Below are positions 31,520-40,930 of a DNA stretch of 64,000 nucleotides, in pieces. This stretch comes from Myxococcota bacterium (GTDB taxonomy: Bacteria > Myxococcota_A > UBA796 > CAJQPC01). The first letter of the stretch is position 1; each line of letters begins with the position of its first letter. The DNA is taken from the NCBI GenBank assembly GCA_036012755.1, contig DASCPX010000157.1, positions 10,944 to 74,943 on the forward strand. The letters are read 5' to 3'. The notes under the pieces are model-generated. The model was given only the letters and a program-made list of their open reading frames with translations, was not told the origin of the DNA and searched no databases. The translations under genes and the position numbers were made by a program.

Positions 31520-33031
31520 TCAGAGGTCGAAGGTCACGCCCTGGGCCAGGGGCAGCTCCTTCGACCAGTTCAGGGTGCAGGTCTGGCGTCGCATGTAGCT
31601 CTTCCAGGCATCCGAGCCGGACTCGCGGCCTCCGCCGGTGTCCTTCTCTCCACCGAAGGCACCGCCGATCTCGGCGCCGCTGGTGCCGATGTTCACGTTG
31701 GCGATACCGCAGTCGCTGCCCGCCGCCGACAGGAAGGTCTCCGCGGCGCGGAAGCCGCCGGTGAAGACCGCCGAGGACAGGCCCTGGTCGACGTCGTTCT
31801 GCCTGGCGATCGCGTCCTCGATGTCGGTGTACGTGAACAGGTAGAGGATCGGAGCGAAGGTCTCGTGACGCCAGATGTCCATGCCCTCTGTGGCCTGGAC
31901 GATGGTCGGCTGCACGTACGAGCCGGAGCCGTCGATGCGGTGTCCGCCGCAGAGGACCTCGCCCCCTTGGTCCCGAATCGTCGCGATCGCGGACTCGTAG
32001 GTGGCCACCGCGTCATCGTCGATGAGTGGGCCCATCAGCGTGCCGCTCTCGAGCGGGTTGCCGATGCGGACCTGGCCATAGGCGCTGACCAGCCGCCTGG
32101 TGAGGTCGCTCGCGACGTCCTCGTGCAGGTAGACGCGCCGAGTCGAGGTGCAGCGCTGGCCGGCGGTGCCGACGGCGCCGAAGAGGATGCCGATCAGGGC
32201 GAGGTCGAGGTCCGCGTCGGGCTCGACGATGATGGCGTTGTTGCCGCCGAGCTCCAGCAGGCTGCGCCCGAGGCGCTTCGCCACGGCCTGGCCGACGTGG
32301 CGGCCCATGCGGGTGGAGCCCGTGGCGCTGATCAGGGGCAGGCGACGGTCGTTGATCATGGTCTCGCCGACATCGCCGTCATCACCGATGATGAGGGTGA
32401 AGACCCCGCCCCACCCGTGCTTTTCGAGGACGGCGTTGCAGACGCGGTGGGTCGCGATGGCTGTCAGCGGAGCCTTCAGCGAGGGCTTCCAGATCACCGT
32501 GTCGCCGCAGATCGCTGCGAGCATGGCGTTCCAGGCCCAGACGGCGTTCGGGAAGTTGAAGGCGGTGATGCAGCCCACGGGACCGATCGGGTGCCACTGC
32601 TCGTACATGCGGTGGCCTGGGCGCTCGCTGTGCATCGACAGGCCGTAGAGCTGCCGCGACAGGCCCACGGCGAAGTCAGCGATGTCGATGCTCTCCTGGA
32701 CCTCGCCCTTGCCCTCCTCGAGGATCTTGCCGACCTCCAGGGTGACGAGGCTGCCGAGCTCCTCCTTGTGGTCGCGCATCGCGTTGGCCATCTCGCGCAC
32801 GATCTCGCCCCGCTTGGGGGCGGGCAGCTGCCGCCACTGGACGAACGCGCGCCGGGACTCGGAGACGACGGCCTCGTAGTCCTCGAGCGTGGCGAGCGCG
32901 ACGGCGGCGATGGGCTTGCCGGTGGCCGGATCGATCGACTCGACCCTTCGCCCGCTGGTGCTGCGCGGTCCGGGTGCCCACGCGCCGCAGTTGAGCTCTT
33001 CGATGCCGAGACGGGACAAGAAGTCGTGCAC
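31520..33031 (-). CDS. aldehyde dehydrogenase family 7 (antiquitin / piperideine-6-carboxylate DH-like)
   Basis: PAPKRGEIVR, SERPGHRMYEQWHP, ITAFNFP, LELGGNN, GTAGQRCT and GAEIGGAFGGEKDTGGGRESGSD motifs; GTG start at 33031. Confidence 0.92.
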   Translation of the reverse strand: MHDFLSRLGIEELNCGAWAPGPRSTSGRRVESIDPATGKPIAAVALATLEDYEAVVSESRRAFVQWRQLPAPKRGEIVREMANAMRDHKEELGSLVTLEVGKILEEGKGEVQESIDIADFAVGLSRQLYGLSMHSERPGHRMYEQWHPIGPVGCITAFNFPNAVWAWNAMLAAICGDTVIWKPSLKAPLTAIATHRVCNAVLEKHGWGGVFTLIIGDDGDVGETMINDRRLPLISATGSTRMGRHVGQAVAKRLGRSLLELGGNNAIIVEPDADLDLALIGILFGAVGTAGQRCTSTRRVYLHEDVASDLTRRLVSAYGQVRIGNPLESGTLMGPLIDDDAVATYESAIATIRDQGGEVLCGGHRIDGSGSYVQPTIVQATEGMDIWRHETFAPILYLFTYTDIEDAIARQNDVDQGLSSAVFTGGFRAAETFLSAAGSDCGIANVNIGTSGAEIGGAFGGEKDTGGGRESGSDAWKSYMRRQTCTLNWSKELPLAQGVTFDL

Positions 33032-33079
33032 GGGGTGTCTCCTGCGATAGGACGGCCGTCTAGCACGCCCGGAGGCCGC

Positions 33080-34066
33080 ATGCTGCTCTCGAGTCTTGCG
33101 CTCGCCGCGGACCCCATCGCGCTCGAGGTCGTTCCGACCGCGCAAGAGGGTCTCGGCAAGCCCGGCATCGTGCTCATCGTGAACCAGGACGCAGAGCGCC
33201 TCGAGGCTCGGGTCGACTGTGGAGGCGCCTGGGCTGCCCACGACGGCGGCGCCAAGAAGGGGGACCGCATCGCGCTGGAGCTCTCCGTGCCGGCCGGCCA
33301 TCACAGCTGCAGCGGCAAGCTCGCAGCCACCTTCATGGACGGCAGCTCCGGCGAGATGCCCCTGTCCTTCGAGGTCGACATGTTCGCGCCGCTTTCCGTG
33401 GAGGTGCCGCGGGACTCGCTGAAGCTCGAGACGACCACCCTGTCAGTCGTCATGGACCGCACCCCGGAGAGGGTCGACGTGGACGTCTTCGGCCCAAGAG
33501 ACGCGCCGATCGGGAGCGGCACGGCGCCTGGGATCGGGACCGCCGCAGGGGAGCCCCTTGAGGTGCAGTGGACGGGCTCCGGCGAGGTCGTGCGCATCCA
33601 CGTCAAGGGCACCGACGAGCACGGCTACTGGTCCGCCATCGATCTGTTCCCCTGGGCCTACCAGATCCCTCACGAGGACGTGGTCTTCGACACGAACCAG
33701 TCCGTCGTTCGACCGGGCGAGGCCCCCAAGCTCGAGGCCGCCATGGTCGAGGTCGGCGAGGTCCGCAAGAAGTACGGACCGGCCGTGCCGATGAACCTCT
33801 ACGTCGCTGGCTACACCGACACCGTGGGCGACCCCTACGCCAACCAGCAGCTGTCCAACCTGCGCGCCGCCTCCATCGCAGCGTGGTTCCGGGACAACGG
33901 CTTCGAGGGCGAGATCTACTTCCAGGGTTTCGGTGAGAGCGTGCTCGCGGTCGATACCCCCGACTCCACCGACGAACCCGGGAATCGTCGGGCCCTCTAC
34001 CTCCTCTCTGCCGAGACGCCGCCGATGAGCACGGACCTCCCGCGCAGGGACTGGCAGCGGCTTTAG
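33080..34066 (+). CDS. OmpA-like peptidoglycan-binding domain protein
   Basis: SD GGAGG plus ATG 33080; C-terminal YVAGYTDTVG...NQQLSNLRA...GFGES...NRRA. Confidence 0.88.
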   Translation: MLLSSLALAADPIALEVVPTAQEGLGKPGIVLIVNQDAERLEARVDCGGAWAAHDGGAKKGDRIALELSVPAGHHSCSGKLAATFMDGSSGEMPLSFEVDMFAPLSVEVPRDSLKLETTTLSVVMDRTPERVDVDVFGPRDAPIGSGTAPGIGTAAGEPLEVQWTGSGEVVRIHVKGTDEHGYWSAIDLFPWAYQIPHEDVVFDTNQSVVRPGEAPKLEAAMVEVGEVRKKYGPAVPMNLYVAGYTDTVGDPYANQQLSNLRAASIAAWFRDNGFEGEIYFQGFGESVLAVDTPDSTDEPGNRRALYLLSAETPPMSTDLPRRDWQRL

Positions 34067-34584
34067 CCGAGAAGTTCGAAGGCGACCTTCTCCCCGTCGA
34101 CCTTGACCGTGAAGCGCTTCTTTCCCGTCACGGTGACGGGCTCTCCCTGGTGCCGCATGGGCACGACCAGGACCCGGCTCGCGTGCTCCACCCGGCCCCG
34201 GGGACCCACGAAGCCGACGAGCTCGCCCTTGCGCCACGAGCCGTAGTGGGCCTTGCAGAAGCCCTTGGACTTCGGGTCGCCCTCGCAGCCCGGGACCTTG
34301 CAGCGCCTCGATGTCGGCTCGGCGGGCTCCGGGCTCGGGGCAGCGGCGAGCAGGGCGTCGCGCTCGTCTCGAAGGGCCTCGATGGTCCCACCGAGAGCGT
34401 CGACCCGCTGCGCGAGCTGGTGGAGTTCCTGGTTGGCCCGCGCCAGCTCCCGCTTGAGCTCTGAGAACTCCGACGTGCTCGGCAGATCCTGGCTTCTCAG
34501 CGTCTCGTGGACCAGGTCTCTGACGGGGACCTCGACGACGGCGCTGGCCGGGCGGCGGAGGAGACGGGCCAGGAGTTCACGCAT
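34063..34584 (-). CDS. hypothetical coiled-coil protein with C-x4-C-x9-C-x2-H motif
   Basis: Start MRELLARLL at 34584; heptad segment followed by CKVPGCEGDPKSKGFCKAHY. Confidence 0.7.
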   Translation of the reverse strand: MRELLARLLRRPASAVVEVPVRDLVHETLRSQDLPSTSEFSELKRELARANQELHQLAQRVDALGGTIEALRDERDALLAAAPSPEPAEPTSRRCKVPGCEGDPKSKGFCKAHYGSWRKGELVGFVGPRGRVEHASRVLVVPMRHQGEPVTVTGKKRFTVKVDGEKVAFELLG

Positions 34585-35755
34585 CGGGCACCACGGGGGA
34601 GAAGCAAGCGAACAGACCCGGGGCGAGGTCGACGGGATCCGGCGAGCCGTCCAGATCGATGACGTGCACCTGCGGTTCGGTCCCGCGGGCTGCATCTTCG
34701 ACCGTGTGGCCGGCGAAGGTCAACCAGCGCCCGCTGGGGTCGACGAGATCGTGTGACTGCACGAACTGGTCGAAGAAGCGCAGGTAGAAGAGCTGCTCGC
34801 GGCTCGGCCAGAAGCGTGTCAGCTCTCGAGGGGGCGACCCGGGCTCCACGACCTTCCACACGAGGCAGTTCGAGTCGAGATCGACCTGGGCGTAGACCAG
34901 CGCCCCCCGCGCCTCGCTCCAGGAAAACGCCAGGCACTCGTCGCCGGAGAGCTCGATGGTGCCGTCGTCTCCTACCAGGAGGAGACCGCGGTAGGGGGTG
35001 CCTTCCCCCTGGGGGGCCGCGGAGAAGACGACCCGACCGGCCCCAGCCGGAACGATGGCCCCGAGGCCCTCGTACTCGAGCAGCTTCACCTGTTCGCTGC
35101 CATCGAGGCGGGTGCGGACCAGGGAGCTGTGTGACCGCCTGCGCTCGACATGCACGACGTGGTCTCCCAGCAACACCGGCGCGCAGTAGTTGCCCGGATC
35201 CTGGGGAAGGACCTCGTCGGGCAGGCGGCCCTCCGTGTCCCGCACGACCAGCCGGCCGGTGCGGGGGTCGCCACCGCTGGCGGTGTGGACCATGATGCGG
35301 CGCCCGTCCGGTTGCCACGCGAAGAACAGCGGCACGCCGCGTTCCACGGCGCTGGCCTGACCGATCCGATCGAGGCGCACGTGCTGCAGCTCCAGCTCGT
35401 CCTCGTCCTGGACGAGCAACAAGAGCCCGCCTCCATCCGGTTGCCACTGGCAGTAGAGCGGGACACCACGCTCGACGGTCAACAGCTCCACCTGGCGAAC
35501 GCCGGTGACGTCGACGACGTGCAGCTTCGCCTCGCCGGTCACCTCGTCGTCTCCACTGGGGAGCTCGAAGCAGGCGAGGCGATCCCCGGTGGGGCTCCAG
35601 GTCGGCCAGGCCCAGCTCTTCGGTTCGAGGTCGGGCCGTCCCCACAAGAGCAGGGGGTTGTCTCCCAGCGACAGCGTCAGCTGGGCCGGATTGCACCCGT
35701 CGGCGTCGATGAGGTGCAGCTGCCTGTCGGTCCCGACATAGGCGAGTCGTGCCAC
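34577..35755 (-). CDS. TolB-like/PD40 beta-propeller protein
   Basis: Repeated WSPTGD, WQPDG and WQPDGR blade motifs; no signal peptide. Confidence 0.75.
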   Translation of the reverse strand: MARLAYVGTDRQLHLIDADGCNPAQLTLSLGDNPLLLWGRPDLEPKSWAWPTWSPTGDRLACFELPSGDDEVTGEAKLHVVDVTGVRQVELLTVERGVPLYCQWQPDGGGLLLLVQDEDELELQHVRLDRIGQASAVERGVPLFFAWQPDGRRIMVHTASGGDPRTGRLVVRDTEGRLPDEVLPQDPGNYCAPVLLGDHVVHVERRRSHSSLVRTRLDGSEQVKLLEYEGLGAIVPAGAGRVVFSAAPQGEGTPYRGLLLVGDDGTIELSGDECLAFSWSEARGALVYAQVDLDSNCLVWKVVEPGSPPRELTRFWPSREQLFYLRFFDQFVQSHDLVDPSGRWLTFAGHTVEDAARGTEPQVHVIDLDGSPDPVDLAPGLFACFSPVVPDA

Positions 35756-35757
35756 GC

Positions 35758-36150
35758 TCAGAGGACCGAGACCAGGCGCCAGGCTCCGACGGAGTGCAGC
35801 GCGAGGGCCGCGAGGGTGACGACCCAGGCTGCGATCGGCGTGACGGCCAGGGCGAGCACGCCCCGCTTGTCCGCGGCCAGCTCCGCTTCGAGCTCGGCCT
35901 TCAGCGAGGGGGAGAGCTCCTCACGACGGGCGCGGAAGGCCATAGCCAGTCCCGTGTCGTTGTGGGTTCCGAAGGTGCCCAGTGACAGGCCCGTGGCACC
36001 CACGTAGAGCAGGATGGTGGTCCAACGAAGATCGGTGGTGGCGACCAGCGCGACAGCTCCGACGAAGCCGACGATCCCGAGGAAGAACAGGGGTGCTCCA
36101 ACCCAGCGGAGGGCTGTGTGACGCGACGCGGAGGCGGCTTCTGAGCTCAT
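35758..36150 (-). CDS. small membrane protein (3 TM)
   Basis: Hydrophobic segments; tightly packed between tetR and the propeller gene. Confidence 0.65.
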   Translation of the reverse strand: MSSEAASASRHTALRWVGAPLFFLGIVGFVGAVALVATTDLRWTTILLYVGATGLSLGTFGTHNDTGLAMAFRARREELSPSLKAELEAELAADKRGVLALAVTPIAAWVVTLAALALHSVGAWRLVSVL

Positions 36151-36166
36151 TCGGCTCCCGCGGGGC

Positions 36167-36781
36167 TCAGCCCGCCTGAGGTACCGGGAGCATACCGTGG
36201 AGGAAGATCTGCACGACGCTCCTGGCCAGCGCCTCCTGGTCGCCCTCTGGCTCGGCACCGACTGCCCTCTCGTAGGCGAGTCCGTCGCTGCAGGACTTCA
36301 GCAGCTGCGCGACGACGCGGGGATCGACAGGAGCGAGCACGCCCGCATCGATGCCCTTCGCGACGACCTCTTCGATGCGGTCGAGGAGCTCCTTGTGCAC
36401 CTCGAGGAACTTGGCTGCGATCTCGGAGTCGCGAGCGGCCATCTCGGCCATGATCAGGAAGAAGCGTGGGCTGCGCATGGTGAGCAGGTGGCCGAGGATG
36501 CCCTCGAGCATGTTGATGAAGCCCTCGCCAGGGGCGTCCTCCGGGATGGTCGCCAGCACCTTCTCGAGGATCGCGGTGGCCCTGATGTGCTCTTGCTCGA
36601 CCAAGGCCTCGAAGAGCGCTCGCTTGCTCTCGAAGTAGAAGTAGACCGCGCCCTTCGACAAGCCAGCCTCGGCCGCGACGTCGGTCATCCGGGCGTCCTG
36701 GAAGCCCTTCTCGATGAAGACACGACGCGCTGCGCGGAGGATCTCTGCGACGCGCTGCTCTTGGGGGGCATGTCGGGTCAT
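36167..36781 (-). CDS. TetR/AcrR family regulator
   Basis: ILRAARRVFIEKGF..ARMTDVAAEAGLSKGAVYFYFESK HTH. Confidence 0.95.
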   Translation of the reverse strand: MTRHAPQEQRVAEILRAARRVFIEKGFQDARMTDVAAEAGLSKGAVYFYFESKRALFEALVEQEHIRATAILEKVLATIPEDAPGEGFINMLEGILGHLLTMRSPRFFLIMAEMAARDSEIAAKFLEVHKELLDRIEEVVAKGIDAGVLAPVDPRVVAQLLKSCSDGLAYERAVGAEPEGDQEALARSVVQIFLHGMLPVPQAG

Positions 36782-36854
36782 GCGCCACTTTAACCACTCG
36801 GTGCGTGGCCGAAGGGACTCGCCTGCGCGGAAACGACGTTAGCAAGCGCGCGAA

Positions 36855-38402
36855 ATGAACACCCTCACCCTGCGCGTCCTGGTCTTTATCTCCGGGGCGA
36901 CCGTCATGGCCGTCGAGATGACGGCGCTCCGGCTCCTCGCTCCATTCTTCGGGACGAGCCTGATGGTCACGACCATCCTCATCGGCTCGATGATGGCGTT
37001 CTTGTCCCTCGGCTACTGGCTGGGTGGCAGGTACGGGGATCGGCATCCGCGCCTCGGCGCTCTCTGCAAGGTCACCGGGGTCGCTTCGGTGCTGGTCTTC
37101 GTCATCCCCCTGATCGGACAGCCCATCCTGCGTGCTGCCTCGGCGACCATGCGCCCGCTGCTGCAGGGCGAGGCGCTGTCCGAGCCTGCCGTGGCCGGGG
37201 TGATGATCCTGGGCGGCATCCTCGGCATCCTGGCGCTGTTGGCGGCTCCGATCACACTGCTGGGCATGGTGAGCCCGTGGGCGGTGAGGCTTGCGGTCGA
37301 CGACATCGAGGCCGCGGGCAAGGCCGCAGGCAGGCTCTACGCCCTGTCGACCTTCGGCAGCATCATCGGGTCCTTCCTGCCGGCGCTGATGCTCATCCCG
37401 CTCCTGGGGGTGCGCAACACCTTCTTCCTCTGCGGCCTGACCTTGATGGCCATCAGCGCCTTCGGCGTCGTGCGGGGCCCGAAGGCCCTGGGCGTCGCGC
37501 TGGCCCTGCCGCTGTTCTTCCTCCCAGAAGGCATCGTGCGGCCGATGGACGGCCTCGTCATCGAGGAGGAGAGCCTCTACCACTTCATCCAGGTCGTCGT
37601 GGAGCCCTACGGAAACTGCGAGGAGGCCAATCACCTCTACCTCAACGAGGGGGTCGGCGTGCACTCGGTGAAGTGCCTGGACCCCACCGTCGAGACGCGC
37701 GGGACCTGGGCTTATATGGCCGCCGCGCCGCTCTACCGCGACGAGCCGACCAGCACCGGGGACGTCCTCATCATCGGGCTGGCCGGAGGCACCATCGCGC
37801 GTCAGCTCCTCGAGTCCTTTCCCGGCGCTCATGTCGACGGAGTGGAGATCGACGGCTCGGTGGTAGAGGTCGGCGAGCAGTACTTCGACAACGACGACCC
37901 GCGCATCACCCCCATCGTGATGGACGGACGCATCTTCCTCCAGAACACCGACCGGATCTACGATGTCGTGCTCATGGACGCCTACCGGCAGCCCTACATC
38001 CCCTTTCACCTGACCACGGTCGAGTTCTGGCAGGTCGTACACGACCACCTCTCAGAGGACGGCGTGGTGGGGATCAACGTGGCCTCCGTCCGTGGAGTGA
38101 GTCAGGGCCTCGCCCAGATGATCTACAGGACCATGCGCGAGGTCTTCCCGGCGGTCCACTACGTCGACGCGACCCAGTCCAACGACATCCTCTACGCCAC
38201 GAAGCAGGCCAAGGACATGCACCTTCTCAGCGACAACCTCGCGGCGATGCCGTCCGCACGTGGGCTCGACCAGCTCCGAGGTGTACTGCGGGACAAGACC
38301 AGGGGACCGGTCGAAGGATGGGAGGACGCGCGGGTCTTGACGGACGACCAGGCTCCTGTAGAGATGGTGTGGGATCTCATGGCCTTGGAGTACGCGAAGT
38401 GA
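36855..38402 (+). CDS. fused MFS-like membrane domain / spermidine synthase-like SAM-dependent transferase
   Basis: SGATVMAVEM..LRLLAPFFGTS, GRLYALSTFGSIIG, IIGLAGG, VEID, DGR.FL, MDAY, HLTTVEF and LTDD.AP motifs. Confidence 0.88.
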   Translation: MNTLTLRVLVFISGATVMAVEMTALRLLAPFFGTSLMVTTILIGSMMAFLSLGYWLGGRYGDRHPRLGALCKVTGVASVLVFVIPLIGQPILRAASATMRPLLQGEALSEPAVAGVMILGGILGILALLAAPITLLGMVSPWAVRLAVDDIEAAGKAAGRLYALSTFGSIIGSFLPALMLIPLLGVRNTFFLCGLTLMAISAFGVVRGPKALGVALALPLFFLPEGIVRPMDGLVIEEESLYHFIQVVVEPYGNCEEANHLYLNEGVGVHSVKCLDPTVETRGTWAYMAAAPLYRDEPTSTGDVLIIGLAGGTIARQLLESFPGAHVDGVEIDGSVVEVGEQYFDNDDPRITPIVMDGRIFLQNTDRIYDVVLMDAYRQPYIPFHLTTVEFWQVVHDHLSEDGVVGINVASVRGVSQGLAQMIYRTMREVFPAVHYVDATQSNDILYATKQAKDMHLLSDNLAAMPSARGLDQLRGVLRDKTRGPVEGWEDARVLTDDQAPVEMVWDLMALEYAK

Positions 38403-38728
38403 TCCTCGATGCCGACCACATCGGCATGCTGCGTGCCCTCGGTGAAGAGGTGCTCGCCGAGGTCATCGCGGTGTACCTGGCCACCACCCCCGACAACCTC
38501 CGGGCCATCTCGGCGGCGATCCTGGCGAGCGACCTGGTGCTCTTGCGCCGCGAGGCCCACAGCCTCAAGGGCGCGAGCGGAAACGTAGGCGCCGTGGCCC
38601 TGTCCCAGGCATGCAAGGGGCTCGAGCACGCCGCGGCAGATGGCCATCTCGAGGAGATTCCCGGGGCGTGGGCGACGCTGCAGGCCCGCTACGTGGAGGC
38701 TCGCGAGGCGCTCCAGGAGCTGGCCTAG
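38399..38728 (+). CDS. stand-alone Hpt (histidine phosphotransfer) protein
   Basis: REAHSLKGASGNVGA motif; GTGA overlap with the upstream gene. Confidence 0.88.
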   Translation: MILDADHIGMLRALGEEVLAEVIAVYLATTPDNLRAISAAILASDLVLLRREAHSLKGASGNVGAVALSQACKGLEHAAADGHLEEIPGAWATLQARYVEAREALQELA

Positions 38729-38786
38729 ACCCTGGTGCACGAGGCCGAGCGTGAGGGGTACCGCCGACTTCCTCTTCCTTGTCGAT

Positions 38787-38855
38787 CGCCACGAAGTGTG
38801 GCGGATGGGACGGACAAGACAGGCTTCTCGGGCCAAAACGCCACAGTTTGTGGTG
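38787..38855. repeat. two copies of palindrome CGCCAC-N5-GTGGYG
   Basis: CGCCACGAAGTGTGGCG (38787-38803) and CGCCACAGTTTGTGGTG (38839-38855). Confidence 0.7.
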
Positions 38856-38872
38856 CTTCGCGTTCAAAAGGC

Positions 38873-39150
38873 TCAGCGGGCGAGCCCGCTGAGCATGGCG
38901 CCGATGCGCTGGAGGTCGCCCTGCAGCTCTGTGTCCAGCCGCAGCATCTGAAAGACCGCGAACACCTCGCCGGCGCTTCCCAGGGCGATTCGAAAGTGGT
39001 TCTTGCCAGCGGCCGTCTTCCGGCCCCGGCCGCAGCCCTCGGCGATGTTCAGGACGACGCTATCGGACGCCCGGATGGCCTGGTCCTTGAGGTGGCCTCG
39101 CCCCGACGGCCAGCGGGTCGTCGCGACCCTCTCGTTGACCGACAGGTCGA
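38873..39150 (-). pseudogene. 5'-truncated four-helix-bundle protein (23S rRNA IVS protein/Avd-like family)
   Basis: Manual translation ERVATTRWPSGRGHLKDQAIRASDSVVLNIAEGCGR...NHFRIALGSAGEV...RIGAMLSGLAR*. Carries the family motifs Q..RA..S...NIAEG and F.IA.GSA.E. No in-frame ATG/GTG/TTG before an upstream stop. Confidence 0.75.
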
Positions 39151-39166
39151 GGCCCGCACCTGAGGC

Positions 39167-39234
39167 TCGATCATCGAGAACGAGACTCGATCATCGGGCG
39201 TCGATCATCGAGATCGAGACTCGATCATCGGGCG
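39167..39234. repeat. tandem 34-bp direct repeat x2 built from four TCGATCATCG units
   Basis: tcgatcatcgagaacgagactcgatcatcgggcg and tcgatcatcgagatcgagactcgatcatcgggcg differ by one base. Confidence 0.9.
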
Positions 39235-39305
39235 TCGTTGTCGGCCTCGAGGTCGAGCCTCGATGGGCCGGGGTCAACGCGCACGAGGCTCCCAGGGGCC
39301 CCTCG

Positions 39306-40886
39306 CTACTTCATCTGGTTGGCGACCCGCTTGAGCTCGCGCATCGAGGTGATCTCGAGCAGCTTGCCCTTCACGGCGAAGTCGGCGAAGCGCTGGCCCT
39401 TTCGCAGGACCTCTCCGTACTCGTAGAGCTTGCCCCAGACGTTGTCGTACTTGCGCTGGTTGAAGCGCCGCACGAAGCGGTCACTGGAGAGCCACTGCAC
39501 GATCTCCTTCGGGAGGTTGTTGAAGATGCAGAGGAAGAAGAGGAAGTTCAGGTAGCTGCCCTTCGGGACGTGGAAGCTGGCCCGGTAGACCTGGTCGTAC
39601 TCGTCGGTCACGAAGCCGTCTTCCATCGCCTTGTGGAAGAACTCCGTGCCCGGGTACGCGATGAGGCTCGAGGGCAGCAGGTTGTAGGGAGGGGGTAGCG
39701 TGCAGACCAGCCGCAGGCCCTTCATCACGTCCTCTGTCGACTCCCAGGGGTTGTCGAGGATGACGTGGTAGTCGGGGACCTGGATGTAGTCCTTGTACTT
39801 GGTGATGATGTTGACGGCCTTGAGCAGCTGCTCGTTGGTCATCCCCCGCTTGTACATCCTCATCGTCTCGCTCGAGCCCGTCTGGATGCCCAGCTCGGTG
39901 AAGCACAGACCGGCGTCGATGAGCGCCGCGTACTTGGCCTCGTTGATGGTCGTCGGGCTGCACTGAGCCCGAAACGGCATGCCGATCTCGACCTTCCACA
40001 TCTCCGCGAACTTCTGGATCTCCTCTGTCGAGGTCGAGAAGAAGACGTCGTCCTGGAAGTGGATGATGCCGATCTCCGGAAAGCGCCGCATCACCTGCTT
40101 GATCTCGCCGATGAGGTGCTCGACCGAGCGCCGCCGCAGGTAGCGCTGGCCCTTGTAGAGATCGTGCTGGAAGGCCACGCCGCAGTAGCTGCACTTGTGA
40201 GGGCAGCCCCTGGTGATCATCGCCTTGTACGCGATGCGCAGGTCGCCGTTTCTGTCCGGGTAGGTGGGCACGATGTGCTTGAAGGTGTCCCACTCGACCT
40301 TGATCATCGACTCGAAGGTCGCCGGATCCCAGGTCCAGTCGTCCTCCAGCTCGAAGTCCTGGTAGGGCAGGGTGTCGAGGTCCTGGATGAGCGGCCGGTG
40401 GGGGTTCCCGACCACCTTGCCGTCTGGCTTGCGGAACCAGAAGTTGCGGACGTCGTAGTAGTCCTCGCCGGCGTCCAGGCGCTCGGCCAGCTCCAGCAGG
40501 GCCAGCTCACCCTCGCCGATGCAGACGACGTCGACGAACTCCAGGGCCTGCTGCGGCATCGTCGTCGGGTGGAAGCCACCCCAGACGAGGTGCTTGTCGG
40601 GGAAGCGCTTCTGGATCGCACGGGTGGCCTGGAGCGCGACATCGAACATCGCGGTGAGGAAGGAGACGCCTACCAGGTCGCAGTCCTCGACGAGGTCGAC
40701 GACGTCATCGACGAGGCTCTGGCACATCTGCTTGATGTGGCCGGGCTCGAAGCGGTCGCTGTAGTTGTCGGCCGGGAGGAAGATGAGCCGGACCTCGTGC
40801 CCGTGCTGCTTCAGGTAGGCCGCCAGCGTGCGCGTGCAGGGGCTGTAGTGGTCGATCGGCGTGGGGTTGATCAGCGCTATTCGCAC
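39306..40886 (-). CDS. B12-binding domain radical SAM protein
   Basis: GTG start at 40886 (VRIALINP); WGGFHPT, IGEGE, RGCPHKCSYC, FQDDVF and LGIQTGS motifs. Confidence 0.9.
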   Translation of the reverse strand: MRIALINPTPIDHYSPCTRTLAAYLKQHGHEVRLIFLPADNYSDRFEPGHIKQMCQSLVDDVVDLVEDCDLVGVSFLTAMFDVALQATRAIQKRFPDKHLVWGGFHPTTMPQQALEFVDVVCIGEGELALLELAERLDAGEDYYDVRNFWFRKPDGKVVGNPHRPLIQDLDTLPYQDFELEDDWTWDPATFESMIKVEWDTFKHIVPTYPDRNGDLRIAYKAMITRGCPHKCSYCGVAFQHDLYKGQRYLRRRSVEHLIGEIKQVMRRFPEIGIIHFQDDVFFSTSTEEIQKFAEMWKVEIGMPFRAQCSPTTINEAKYAALIDAGLCFTELGIQTGSSETMRMYKRGMTNEQLLKAVNIITKYKDYIQVPDYHVILDNPWESTEDVMKGLRLVCTLPPPYNLLPSSLIAYPGTEFFHKAMEDGFVTDEYDQVYRASFHVPKGSYLNFLFFLCIFNNLPKEIVQWLSSDRFVRRFNQRKYDNVWGKLYEYGEVLRKGQRFADFAVKGKLLEITSMRELKRVANQMK

Positions 40887-40930
40887 CGTGTCTCTCCGGT
40901 CTCGGCCCAATCTACTTTGCGCCGCGGGGG

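Noticed and set aside
39167..39234. CRISPR array
   Set aside because: Only two abutting 34-bp units with no unique spacers and no cas genes.
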